Positions 1 to 28,908 of a stretch of 64,000 nucleotides of DNA are shown one piece after another. The stretch lies in NCBI RefSeq assembly GCF_009914755.1, contig NC_060939.1. The stretch is one strand, 5' to 3'. Positions within the stretch are counted from its first letter, which is position 1, and each line of letters opens with the position of its first letter. The translations under genes were made by a program, and so were the position numbers. Under the pieces are notes generated by a model. It searched no databases, had not been told where the DNA came from, and worked only from the letters and a program-made list of their open reading frames with translations. This DNA comes from the human T2T-CHM13v2.0 reference genome, Homo sapiens.

Positions 1-475
1 CCTTTCTATACACTTCTTTGGTAATCTTCACATTTTTGTGTGTAAATGCCCATTATAATTACAAGTTTTACTTTGCATATCAAAATCACTTAAGGGTAAG
101 TCATTATGAATTAAACTGTCTGTGAGCTTCTAACTTTCCTGTTGACAGCCTCTACCTGGCTTTCTTATTTCATGAAGATTAAGGCCCTCAGCTAAGTGCT
201 TCCCTATAACCCCCTCCTCTTCACCATAACATAGACATGCTATGATAGGGTCAAGGAATCAGTACATTTATATGTGCGCTGCATGCTTAACTCTAAAGAC
301 TGAAAAACTCTCGGGCAGAGTAGGTAGAAATCCATGAAAGTTTGGAGTATTAAAGTAAGGTCTTCCTACTTGGCATGGTTAAGCATTACAATTCACATTC
401 TTCTCTCTGGTCTCAAAGGAAAGTCTCTTGTTGTAATTAATACTCTTGATTCCATTCTTTCATCCATTGGACTTT

Positions 476-504
<29 letters not shown>

Positions 505-507
<3 letters not shown>

Positions 508-972
508 TTTTGAGACGGAGTTTTGTTTTTGTTGCCCAGGCAGGAGTGCAATGGCGTGATCTCAGCTCACTGCAACCTCCGCCCCCCCGGGGTTCAAGCA
601 ATTCTCCTGCTTCAGCCTCCTGAGTAGCTGGGATTACAGGCATGCACCACCACGCCTGGCTAATTTTGTATTTTTAGTAGAGAAGGGGTTTCTCAATGTT
701 GGTCAGGCTGGTCTTGAACTACCAACCTCAGGTGATCCGCCCGCCTCAGCCTCCCAAAGTGCTGGGATTACAGGTGTGAGCCACCATGCCCAGCCTCTTT
801 TTTTTTTTTTTTTTTTAAAGAGACAGGGTCTCATTGTGTTGCCCAGGCTGGAGTGCAGTAGCTGTTACACAGGCATGATGCACTATAGCATTGAAATCCT
901 GAGCTCAAGTGATCCTCCTGCTTCAGCCTCTGAGTAGCTGGGACTGCAGGTGTGCACCACCTTGCCCAGCTC
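505..972 (-). mobile_element. AluS (505-795), with its tail region converted to a (TTG)n repeat at ~477-505, plus a FRAM/AluJ right-arm monomer (797-972)
   Basis: Antisense Alu motifs, e.g. cctcccaaagtgctgggattacagg. Confidence 0.9.
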
Positions 973-1470
973 TACTGAACTGTCTCTTTCAGTTTGTTTC
1001 ACTTTTTACCTTCAACAGTATGTGGGTGTCCCCTGTTCTCAGTAAAGGAAAAAAAATCTGTATATTCCTTTCTCCCAACCAACCCATTTGTTTTTTCACT
1101 TTCATTGCTAAAGTCAAATTATTGATGGTCTACAAATGTTCCATCTACCTATTTTTTCATAACCATCCTAATCTTAAAATGTCTGCCATCTTTCTTTCCT
1201 CCCCTTTTTTGAAACTATTCTCTTGAAGGTCACAAATGGCAGTCTTCCTAGTCAAAACCAAAGAATATTTTTATTCTTACTGTATTTGACCTCCCAGTAG
1301 TTTGATCCTGTTGATTGTCTCTAGCTATTTGGAAACTATTTTCTTTCTTGCTTCTGTTATACTGGACTCTCCAGTCTTATCTTCTTCACTATATTCTTTG
1401 CTGGATTTATTTTTTCTTTCCAGTCACCTAGTAAGGGACTCTGTTATTGAGCCTTTGCTCTCCCATAAGA

Positions 1471-1766
1471 GCAGTATTCCCCAAAGTAGTGTTAAACAGA
1501 ATACCCTTCTTGTAATATTTCTTAGGTGGTGAGGAGAAAAAAATGAAAACCTTTTTTGGAGGGAAATGTTAGTGTATCCTCCTCTTGGAATTCATAATGC
1601 CTGCTGGAATATAAAAGCTCTGAGAAATCCATTAATAAAGAAGGCTATTCAATTTTGTTTAACTCAGTCTTGTTTAGTTTATTTGATCACAGGTTACTAT
1701 TTTCATGGCCTACCTATTATGGCACAGAATAATATAGCAAAGCCCACTAGTTTGGGAAATATTGCC
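1471..1766. mobile_element. Old hAT-Charlie-type MITE (MER family), subfamily not assigned
   Basis: Imperfect terminal inverted repeats cagtattccccaaa ... tttgggaaatattg, ~300 bp apart. Confidence 0.55.
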
Positions 1767-1878
1767 CTGGGTATCTTAACTACTTTTAAGTGTTTGGCTA
1801 ATATTTTATGCAGCTGGCTCACAAGACTGTATCTCTTATTGAATGTCAGTTCTGTGTGTGTATATGTGTATACATACA

Positions 1879-2800
<922 letters not shown>

Positions 2801-2929
2801 ACTTAACAGTTTTAGATCTGGAAAATTATTGGAAAATTAGATCTGGAAAACTAAACAAGTGATCCTCCTGCCTTGGCCTTCTAAAGTGCCAGGTGTGAGC
2901 TACCATACCTGGCCACTTAACAGTTTTAG

Positions 2930-4640
<1,711 letters not shown>

Positions 4641-4772
4641 ATAAGGTTATCTTTGGAAATCAAGGAATCCTTTCTCCAGAGGAATCAGAAAGGTGATATT
4701 TGGTTTCTTTCACATTATTATGCCATTCTGTCACTTCCAGTCTGTTACCTGGGTTACTAAACACATAAATTC

Positions 4773-5072
4773 CTTTTTTTTTTTTTTTCTGAGATGGAGC
4801 CTCACTCTGTCACCCAGGCTGGAGCGCAGTGGCGCAGTCTCAGCTCACTTCAACCTCCACCCGCCGGGCTGAAGTGATTCTCCTGCCTCATCCTCCTGAG
4901 TAGCTGAGACTACAGGTGCATGCCACCATGCCTGGCTAATTTTTGATTTTTTAGTAGAGACAGGGTTTCACCATGTTGGCCAGGCTGGTCTTTAACTCCT
5001 GACCTCAAGTGATCTGCCCACCTTGGCCTCCCAAAGTGCTGGATTACAGGCATGACCCACCACATCCGGCCT
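4773..5072 (-). mobile_element. AluS
   Basis: Complete antisense Alu with T-tail. Confidence 0.9.
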
Positions 5073-5212
5073 TGAACATGGAAATTCTTTAAGGGAGCTT
5101 TAAGTTGCTCCTGTCTTGTCCAAAGAAGTGAGAAACAACCCCCACTTCTCTGAGATTCCCTCAAACTTTCTGATTTTTTAAACTTCCCTCTAAAGGGTTT
5201 CAGCCTGGAGGG

Positions 5213-5590
5213 GTGTATTAGTTTGCTAGGGCTGCCATAACAAAATGCCACAGACTAGGTGGCTTAAACAGCAGAAATTTATTTTCTCACATTTTTGAAG
5301 GTTGGAAGTCTAAGACCAAGGTGCCAGCAGGGTTGTTTTTCTCTGAACTTCTCTCCTTGGCTTGCAGATGGCAACCTTCTTGCTGCTTTATTGTGACATG
5401 ATAGTCCCTCTGTATGCACACATCCTTGGTGTCTTTTCCTCTTCTTAAAAGGATACGAGTCATATTGGATTAGACCCACTGTAACTTAAGCACTTTAAAG
5501 ACCTTGTCTCCAAATACAGTTACATTCTGAGATCCTGGAGGCTGGGACTTCAACATGTGAATTTGGGGGAAACACAGTTCATCTTAGAAC
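5213..5590 (-). mobile_element. MLT1 (ERVL-MaLR) solo LTR
   Basis: Begins tgtattagtttgctagggctgccataacaaaatgccacagact, typical of an antisense MLT1 end. Confidence 0.8.
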
Positions 5591-5602
5591 AAGGGAGATC
5601 CA

Positions 5603-5603
5603 C

Positions 5604-5643
<40 letters not shown>
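5603..5643. repeat. (CA)n microsatellite
   Basis: Seen directly. Confidence 0.95.
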
Positions 5644-5648
<5 letters not shown>

Positions 5649-7246
5649 CCTTTTATTTCCTCTTTTATCAGAAAAGTCCTTATTTCTCTTTCCTCAGTAC
5701 AGGGCATGTCTCTTAACTTTGATTATTATTCTCTCTCTCTTTGTCTTTTAAAGAGATGGGGTCTTACTACATTGCCCAGGCTAGAATGCAGTAGCTATTC
5801 ATAGGTGTGATCATAGCACACCACAGCCAGGAACTCCTGGTCTCAAGTGAAGGTCCTCCTGTTTAAGCCTTCTGAGTAGCTGAAACTACAGGTGTGCACC
5901 ACTGTGCTTGGCTCCTAAACTTGGATTCTTGCAAACTGTAGCTCATACTAAAGCTATGTGGTCCAGCTGTGGCACGTCAAGCTCTTGATAAATAAAAGGA
6001 GCTGTTAGAATGTAGAAAAAGTCCTCAAAATTGTCGTTTTATTACACACATACACACACATACACACACATCAGTTTTGAGGTTTGAAGCTGAATAGTAA
6101 ATGACCTTTTTTCCCTTTAACAACCATAATTTTCCTTGAGGCAGCCTATGCCTTTAGTTGAATGGGGAAAAGGTCATATGTCAGAAAGGAGGATGAGAAG
6201 CGTATTACAAAAAAATGCTTTTTGGGGGAAAATTTTGGAATATAATAGTAGTCTCTCTTATTCTTGAGAGGTTTGAGTAAATTGATTAAAATTCTTAAAA
6301 CAGTGCCTACTACATTGTTATTCTACAGCTACTTCCTTATTTCTTTTCTGCCTTTTTTCCAGGATGGGACTCTGTCTGTGTTCCTGCCCAAGATCTGGTC
6401 CCAGCCCTAGCCTACCTGCCTCACCCTTTGCTCCTGAATGTCTGACTGTTTTTGTTATTTGCTTGTTTTCAGTTTCCTGGTTCATTTCCAGTTAGGCTTA
6501 GTTGGCTCCTCCCATAGGTGTCTTAGCTGACTCCCTAGAGCTTGCCTGTTCTTCTGTAATTTGAGTATCAACCTTCTACAGTTCTAATATGCTGCACATG
6601 ATAATTCCTGCCTTTGCCTCTGCCTCACCAGCCATAATCTGGCCAACTTTTAACTGTAATTTCTACCTCAAATTATTCATAAACCAATCAAAACTGATAA
6701 CTCTTCCAAACGATATCCCTTTCCTACCTTCTTGGTTCCTATAAATGATGCCCATGCAACTGTTATTTAAGACTGAGGTTAGAAATTTGGTGTTGTCTTT
6801 GATTCCTTCAGTGTATCATATTGAGTGCTTCAACATGCAGAGGAGTTACTTGATCGAATTAAAAAAAACGTCATTCTGACTGCAGAATAGAGAACTTGGC
6901 AGATCCCTAACTAGTCCCCTTTCCTTGGTCTCCATTTCTTTTTGTCAGTTCTCCTGTGAAGCCAGCCTGAACTTCCTCAAACCTTATTTTCAGAGTGGCT
7001 GTATGACTCACTGACTACATCAGGTTAGAATTCTGCTGTCTCATCTTTAAGGTCTTCCATAGAATGGCTCTAGCTACCTTTGTCTCCCACTATCTCCTGA
7101 CCCAAATTGTATTTCAGGCTGATTGTTTTGCTTACTTTTGCCTTCCCACCTGCCTTTCTGTGTCATGTTAATTCCTGTTTCTGTGCCTTTGTTCCTGCTG
7201 TTTGACTCTTAGTTTCTTGCCTCTTTTCTGTATATTTATTATACCA

Positions 7247-8319
<1,073 letters not shown>

Positions 8320-8459
8320 TAACTTATTTTGTTCATTTTTTACTAATAGCTTATTGTTTGTGAACTTCGTTTTCTCAACGAAATTTTAAGTTCCTTGAGG
8401 AAGGACTATGTTTTAAATTTTTTCCTGCGGGAAAAATTGTTCTTAGTGCTGTTACAAAA

Positions 8460-8942
8460 TGTACGAGGTTGATTTGTATCCCCTAAAAGGATATATTGAA
8501 GTCTAAATCACCTGTGAATGTTATCTTAGTTTGGGAATAGGGTCTTTGCAGATGTAATCAAGTTAAAATGAGGTCATACTGGATTAGGGTGGCCCCTATT
8601 CCATTATAACTGGTATCCTTATAAGAAAAAAAAATAGAATTAGGGAGAACACCAGGTGCATGAATACACAGAGACACACAGACACATTGCAGAGACCGCA
8701 TGGCAGATAAAGGCAGAGATTGGAGTTATGTTTCCACAAACCAAGGAATGCCCAGGGCTACCAGAAGCCAGAAGCCAGGAGCCTCCCCCTAGAGGCTCCA
8801 GTGGGAACAGGGCTTTGCCAACACCTTGATTTTGGACTTCTAGCCTCTGAAACCATCCTCTAGCACTGTGAGACAATACATTTCTGCTTTATGCTATTCA
8901 GTTTGTGGCACTTTGTTATATCAGCCTAGGAAACAAATACAC
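8460..8942 (+). mobile_element. MLT1 (MLT1C-like) solo LTR
   Basis: TG...CA ends; internal gggtctttgcagatgtaatcaagttaaaatgaggtcatactggattagggtg and gccagggctaccagaagc-like motifs. Confidence 0.8.
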
Positions 8943-8976
8943 AAATGCATACTTAAAAGTTAATTTGATTTTTTGA

Positions 8977-9793
<817 letters not shown>

Positions 9794-9800
<7 letters not shown>

Positions 9801-9975
9801 GAAAGAAAAGGAAAAAAGAAAAGAAGAGAGGAGAGGAGGGGAGGGGAGGAGGAAAGAGAAGGAAGGAAGGAAGGGAGGGAAGGAAGGAGGGAAGGAGAGA
9901 AAGAGGAAGAAAGAGGGAGAGGGAGAGGGAAGAAAGAAAAGAAAGGAAGAAGGGAGGGAGGAAGGAAGGAAGAAG
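9794..9975 (+). repeat. ~180-nt pure polypurine (GA-rich) tract grown from an Alu tail
   Basis: Only A and G from 9794 to 9975. Confidence 0.95.
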
Positions 9976-11459
9976 TTTAGTCTTGTATTATTCTATTGAA
10001 ACCCAAGTATATTAATTCAGTTGACAAAAATTTATTAAATATATTGGGCACTTACTGTGCTATACACTAAAATGATCTTTGAAACAAGTTTTCACTTTTC
10101 TTTGTCTCCCTTTCTTATTTTTGTATTTCTCTGTTTTTTCTTACTCTCCTGATAAAGGACTGAGTAATCTCAGGAGGTTCCATGAAGATCATAAAACAAG
10201 CTGCTTTTTGAAAAATGATGACTAGGATTTAGTTGTGCAGAAAAAAGGTAAAAGGACATTCAAGGAGCTCCCTTTTACTTACTCCATAGAGGCAAACAAA
10301 CAGTTCTTATAGTGTGGCATGTAACATCTGTCTCCTGAAGTGACAGGGAGTACCTTTTGACTTATGACCTCATTAAACAGGAGGAACTAGTCCTTACAAT
10401 TTTTGGTTGAAGACCTTAAAGTTCCCCATGTTAGCCTCTTCCTCAAAAGAGAGTTAAAGTTTCCTTGAATTCAAAGTCCAGGCTTTTTTCTAGGGACAGA
10501 CTGGGCATGCAGTAATTTCAGTTTCTCACAGTGCTTCAAGGCTCTCTTTCTTGTTCTTAATTAACTTTATCTAATTTTCTTACACTGTTTCTGGCCAGGT
10601 AGTTCCTCTTTTGAACAATGTTGCCACAGAGCTTTTGCTCAGATGCTTTTAATGTCTGATTCTTTCTCTTTTCCAAACTACACTTTTTCCCTGAGGATGA
10701 CTTCAAAACTTACATCCACGAAGCTTTTTCTATTTAATATAAAATGATTTGCTTTCCTTTTACAATTTCAATTTTCTATATCCAATTTAAGTTCAACTTA
10801 GGGGAACATTTTTTCTCATTTGATGATTAACAAAGGCCTCTCATAGCTCACTGCAGCCTCAGACTCCTGGCCTCAAGTGATCCTCCCGCCTCAGCATCTC
10901 AAAGTGCTGGGATTACAGGCATGAGCCACCATGCCTGGCTACATTTTCACTCTTAAACTTGACTCTCTATAGCATTTTATACTGATGATCTCTCCTTTCT
11001 CTCCTTTTTGAAACTTCTTCCCTTTAGCTTTAATAATACCCATTTATCTTGGTTATCCTATCATTTTCCCACTCAATGTTTACATATGCTGTGCTTCCAT
11101 CTTTAACCCCATTTTAATTTCTTTATTGAACAAATATGTTCAAGTTTCTATTTTGGATCAGTTACTATGCTGCATGCATATCACATAGTGAATGAGTGAA
11201 CAAGACAGATATGGTATACATTGACTATGGAACTTACCCTTGAGCAGGGGCTATGAGGGGAAGACCTAACCTATTTTAGAGGCTTAGGGATGACATTCTT
11301 GAGAGTTTTAGTTGAGTCCTAAAAAAAAGATCAGGATTTAATGAGGCAAAGATTGAGTGAGAGGTTTGAGATAAGAGGCTCAGGAGAGATGAAAAGAGGG
11401 TTCCAGATGTAGAATGTTGCATATTTTATTTTATTGCATATTTTAAAGCACAGGATATC

Positions 11460-16835
<5,376 letters not shown>

Positions 16836-16889
16836 TATCCAAGTTATACTGCTTATCATCAGGGACTTGTCTCATAAGCTGGAAACTAA

Positions 16890-17218
<329 letters not shown>

Positions 17219-17729
17219 TCAATGGGCAGAATGAAATAAAACCATTTATTGATATAGTGCTTTATGATTGTTCAAAGTTTATTATATGCATAAGTCATTT
17301 ATTTGGGAAAGTTGAATACCATGTGGTATGTGATAGGGATAGAAAGATAGTAAGATTCCCGTTCTTTGAAGAAGTGAGGGAGGCACACATAGAAAAATAA
17401 TCCATAATGCATGATTAAATGCTATAGTAAAGCTGCTTACAAAGGGGTTTGAGAATACAGAGGAATAACTGATTAACTTCCTCAGGAAGTCAAGAGCGAA
17501 ATAATTCACTGAAAAGGTGATCTTTAGTAATTTAACAAAATGAGAAAGGGATAAGGACAGGAGGAACATAAATGAGGCCAGGAAAGCTGGAAAGTATGTT
17601 GTACCTTCACAGAAGGTCAAGCAGTAGAATAGGAGAGTGTAATATAAGGTACATGGTATTGAGAAGTAGGGGAAATTATGTCTGAGTTAAAGCTATTTGG
17701 GGCCAGAATAATGATGATTATTGTTATTA

Positions 17730-19195
17730 CTATTTTATTGTGGTAAAACATCTATAACAAAATTTACTATTTTTACCATTTTAAGTGTATAATTTAGTGG
17801 CATTAAGTACATTCACAATGTTGTGTAACCATGATTACTACCATCTATTTCTAGAACTTTTTCACGATCCCAAACCAAACAAAACCTCTACCCATTAAGC
17901 AGTAATTCCCATTGCCCTTCCCTCCAGCCTGTGGTAACCTCTATTCTAGTTTCTGTGTCTATGAATTTGTCTATTCTAGATACCTCATATAGGAGGATTA
18001 TACAATATTTGTCCTTTTTTATCTGGCTTATTTCACCTAGCATAATGTTTTCAAGATTCATTTATGTTGTAGCATGTATCAGAACTTCATTCCTCTTTAT
18101 GGCTGATAATATTTTATTATGTGTATATACCATGTTTTGCTTTTCATTCATCTGTTGATGAACACTTGAGTTCTTCCCCTCTTTCAGTTATTGTGAGTAA
18201 TGCCTCTATAAACGGTGGTGTACAAGTATCTGTTTGAGTCCCTGGTTTCACTTCTTTTATGTCTAGCAGTGGAAATGCTGGGCCATATTCTATATTTAAC
18301 TTTTTTTTTTAGAGACAAGGTCTCTTTCTGTCACCTAGGCTGGGTACAGTGGCATGACTGTGGCTCACTGCAGCTTTGACCCACCTCAAGCGATTCTCCC
18401 ACCTCAGACTCCTGAATAGCCGGGACTGCAGGTGTGTGCACCAAAAGCACAGGCAACAAAACTAAAAATTGACAAATGGGATTACATCAAATTGAAAAGC
18501 TCCTGTACAGCAAAAGAAAACTATCAACAGAGTCAAAAGGTACCTACAGAGTAGGAGAAGATATTTGGAAATCATATATCTGATAAGGGTTAATATCCAA
18601 AATATATAAGGAACTTATACAATGTAATAACAATGAACAACCTGTTTTAAAAATGGGCAAAGGACTGGAATAGACATTTCTTGAAAGAAGACATACAAGT
18701 GGCCAACAGGTACAGTCATATGGAAAAATGTTCAACATTATTAATCATCAGGGAAATGCAAATCAAAACTACAGTGAGATACTATCTCACACCTGCTAGA
18801 ATGATTATTGTCAGAAAGGTGAAAGATAACAAATGTTGGTGAGGATGTGGAGAAAGGGGAACCCTTGAACATTGTTGGTGGGAATGTAAATAGCCATATG
18901 GAAAACAGTATGTAGTTTCCTCAGAAGTTAAAAATAGAACTATATTATGATCTGGCAATCCCACTTCTGAGCATATATTTAAAGGAAGGCTACCAGGGAC
19001 TAGGGGAAGGGGCAAATGGGATGTTGGTCAAGGGGTACATAGTTTCAGTTATGCAAGATGAGTAAGTTCTGGAGATCAATGTATATAAGCATATCAAATC
19101 ATCAAATTGTGTACCTTAAATATATACAATCTTTAATTGTCAAATATCCCTTAATAAAAAAGTAATTGAGAAAAAAGTAAATAAAATAAAAAAAT
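17730..19195. mobile_element. Composite: antisense L1MB 3' end (17730-18300), antisense Alu right-arm fragment (18301-18443), sense L1M ORF2-3' and 3'UTR pieces (18439-19195)
   Basis: L1 motifs caccaaaagcacaggcaacaaaa and atcatcagggaaatgcaaatcaaaac; A-rich tail at ~19150-19195. Confidence 0.8.
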
Positions 19196-19248
19196 TCTAT
19201 GAGATTCCCAATTTATTGTTTTAGCTAAAAAGGCTAAAAGCTAAAGAC

Positions 19249-19296
19249 TTTTTTTTCTTTTGTGTTGTTTTTAAGCCAGTCAAATTTAGCAGTGGG
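19249..19296 (-). pseudogene. Y4 RNA (RNY4) retroposed 3' fragment: 24 nt plus poly(A)-derived tail
   Basis: The reverse complement of 19273-19296 is CCCACTGCTAAATTTGACTGGCTT, matching the 3' end of hY4 as I recall it. T-rich tail at 19249-19272; possible short TSD gacttt. Confidence 0.8.
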
Positions 19297-19329
19297 ACTT
19301 TGTAGAAATAGTAAAGAAGACATTCTACT

Positions 19330-19560
19330 CCTTTACATAGTAATAGCTAATGTTTATTAAGCCCTTACCATGTGCCAGCCAGTGTTGTTAACACTTTATC
19401 TCTGGCATAAACTTTTTGACAATGCTATGAGTCAGATAATATTTTCTCATTTTATAGATAAAAGAACTGAAACAGAGAAGGTAAACAGTATGTCCAAGGA
19501 AATAGAGCTAACAAGTAGTGAATTCAGAATTCAGACTCAGGCAATCTAATTTTAGAGGCC
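19330..19560 (-). mobile_element. MIR
   Basis: MIR core-like ctcattttatagataaaagaactgaaacagagaagg...ccaagg. Confidence 0.7.
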
Positions 19561-19576
19561 CCACCCCCTCACCAGC

Positions 19577-21647
<2,071 letters not shown>

Positions 21648-22320
21648 TAGGATTTCAAATCCTTGAAATTTAAAGTTTGTGAACTTCAAACTTGCATGTT
21701 CTTGGGAGAATGTAACAAGAAAGAGATTAAAACCGCTGAATAAACCATAATTGTTCTCCAACTTTATCTGGACCTCTAATCTATTACCTCTTCCTTTCTA
21801 GCAGCCCTATGTATTCTTTACTTTCCTCCCTATCCAGCTGAGATTTTGTTTCAATTTAGTTTCTTGCCATTACCCTCTCTTTTACATGCCAATTTCAAGC
21901 ACAGCTGCAGAAAATCATATAACCAGATTTGCAGGAATTTATGATCAGCAAACTCAACTGGGTTTTCAGTAACACGTTACATATTATATTTCTCCAGGCA
22001 ACACACCCTTTCCAACAGCTTTCAGATCTTTGCCCTCCTTAGGCCCATTTAAACTTTTTTTCTCCTTTCTCAAGCTTAGTAGGTGATCTTGTCTCCTGCT
22101 TGACCAAGAATTGGACTGATAAAACTTTAACTACCAAATCTGTAGGAATACCTACATCTGTACCCATCTGTCTTTCCTCTTTGTTAAAATAAAAGAAGGT
22201 TCATCCATTCTCCAGGGCCAGCCTCTCTACCTGTTCTCTGGATCCAATGTCTTCCATCTTTTCAAAGACTTTGTAGAATTAGTAATCCAGTCCTCCTCTT
22301 ATATTCACCCTCTCAGTCTA

Positions 22321-24294
<1,974 letters not shown>

Positions 24295-24449
24295 CTAAAA
24301 CTTGGTTTAAGAAGACAGTAATTCATTAACAGATAAGTAAAAGTTGCAGATGTGATTGGAATGTTGACTGCATACTCTGTGTGAACTATGAGTAGTGAGA
24401 ATAAAAAATGTTAATCACCTACCAGGTCTAGTATATACACAGTAGTCAC

Positions 24450-24670
24450 AGACACAGACTCTGGACGGGGTCTATTTGAGAAAGTATTCAAAACCTCCTG
24501 TAGGTATATGACTGAGGACACAGTTTCCTCATTTGTGAAATGGGGAAAAATAACTATGCCCACTTTCATAGGGAGGTTGTGAGAATTAAATGAGATAATG
24601 CTTGTAAAGCACTTAGCCTAGGACCTGGCACAAAAATAATCATTTAATACCCGCTTGTTATTATTAATGC
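24450..24670 (+). mobile_element. MIR
   Basis: cagtttcctcatttgtgaaatgggg...gttgtgagaattaaatgagataatgcttgtaaagcacttagc. Confidence 0.85.
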
Positions 24671-24719
24671 TATTCCATTTTGATCCAGCTGGTATAGGTG
24701 TTAACCATGCTATAGATGA

Positions 24720-24875
24720 ATAATTGCCAAACCTGGCTGCTTATCAGAATCACGTAAGATTTTTAAAATTAAAATTCCTGGGCCTTTCCCAGACTACTGA
24801 ATCAGACTGGAAGTAGAATATGTCTTTTTTAAAGCTCCCCAGGTGATTCTGAGCATCAGCCAGGTTTGGCAGTTA
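24720..24875. mobile_element. MER5-type hAT MITE
   Basis: Perfect 15-bp inverted repeat tgccaaacctggctg (24725-24739) / cagccaggtttggca (24857-24871); MER5 core cagactactgaatcaga. Confidence 0.8.
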
Positions 24876-25940
24876 TGTTACAGAAGATAGACTTGTCTCT
24901 AGAAATCATCTGAGTATGAAATATAATCAAGAAAAATATTTCTGGTGTGGAGAAAAAGGAGTCAAGAATGACATCTGTAGTAAGCCAATTGTATATAACC
25001 TTTGGAATAAATGGTCATAGTTGTGCTGATTGCCCAAGAACAGACCGTAATGAAAGGAAAGCAGGCACAGCTGAGCCATTTTCAAGGTTCCCCCAAATGG
25101 AAAGAGAAGCAGAGCAACTGAGCTGTTAAGAGCTGCCAAAATTAATTTAGAGAAGCCACGTAGGATGGGGAAACATGAAAAGAACTTCAGAAGAGAGCTG
25201 GTAGAAAAATAAAAATGAAGTTTTTGATATTGCAGGAAGAAAGATTAAGGGAAAATAAATGAAGTAGCTGGGGATGAACAAGAAGTACTATAGGGAAGTA
25301 TCAGGAAAAAAGAATTCTTGCTGAGGAAAACAAATAAAGAGCATAAACAAAGAACATAAAACTCAGGAGAGAGGTCTCAGGAAGGACAGTAAACACATTT
25401 TAAGAGATTCACAGGGAAAAGGCCAAACAGAGCAAGGATAATTGGCCTATTATAGATGGACTCAAAATCCCAAAGAAACAAGTATTACAAAAAGAGAGGG
25501 ATAAGGTAAAGCCTAAAGGCAATGACGGCGATAACAAGGGGAAATAAATGAAGGCGCTCAAAAGAAACCTTGAAGAATAATTAAAATTGTGCAAATATGG
25601 ATAAAGTATAACTTAAGGTAGGAGAGTGTGTAGTACAAAGAGTATGGGACATAAAAGTCTAGGGGATCATTGAGCAAACATTTATTCAGTGTTTATGGGT
25701 ATCAGGAAGTTTATGTGCTGTTACCTGTGTGGAATATATTTAGAAAAAAAGTGAAAATATTCTGGAAGCATGATCAGTTCAACAGAGAATATGTGTGGCA
25801 AAATGAAGATAATCTCTTTTTCTAGTCATGTAATAGTAAGAACTCCAATTAATTTCTCAACAGCAGGGACGTTTTGGCAGTCATTTAGAAGATAAGCATA
25901 TTCCTAATGACCACAAGGAAATTAAAACTGTGAGGAGAGA

Positions 25941-27207
<1,267 letters not shown>

Positions 27208-27289
27208 CTAATTGGAAGTTATTACGGAGCAGTTCTGAGTGAGCAAACTGATCAAATACTGTAGTTGTTGGTGTCAGGTTTTTTTTGCT

Positions 27290-28900
<1,611 letters not shown>

Positions 28901-28908
28901 CAGTTTCC

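Noticed and set aside
437-643. PolyQ-containing ORF
   Set aside because: Alu plus the (TTG)n tail read on the minus strand.
24725-24871. Novel hairpin RNA or pre-miRNA
   Set aside because: Explained by the inverted ends of a MER5-type MITE; no independent evidence of processing.
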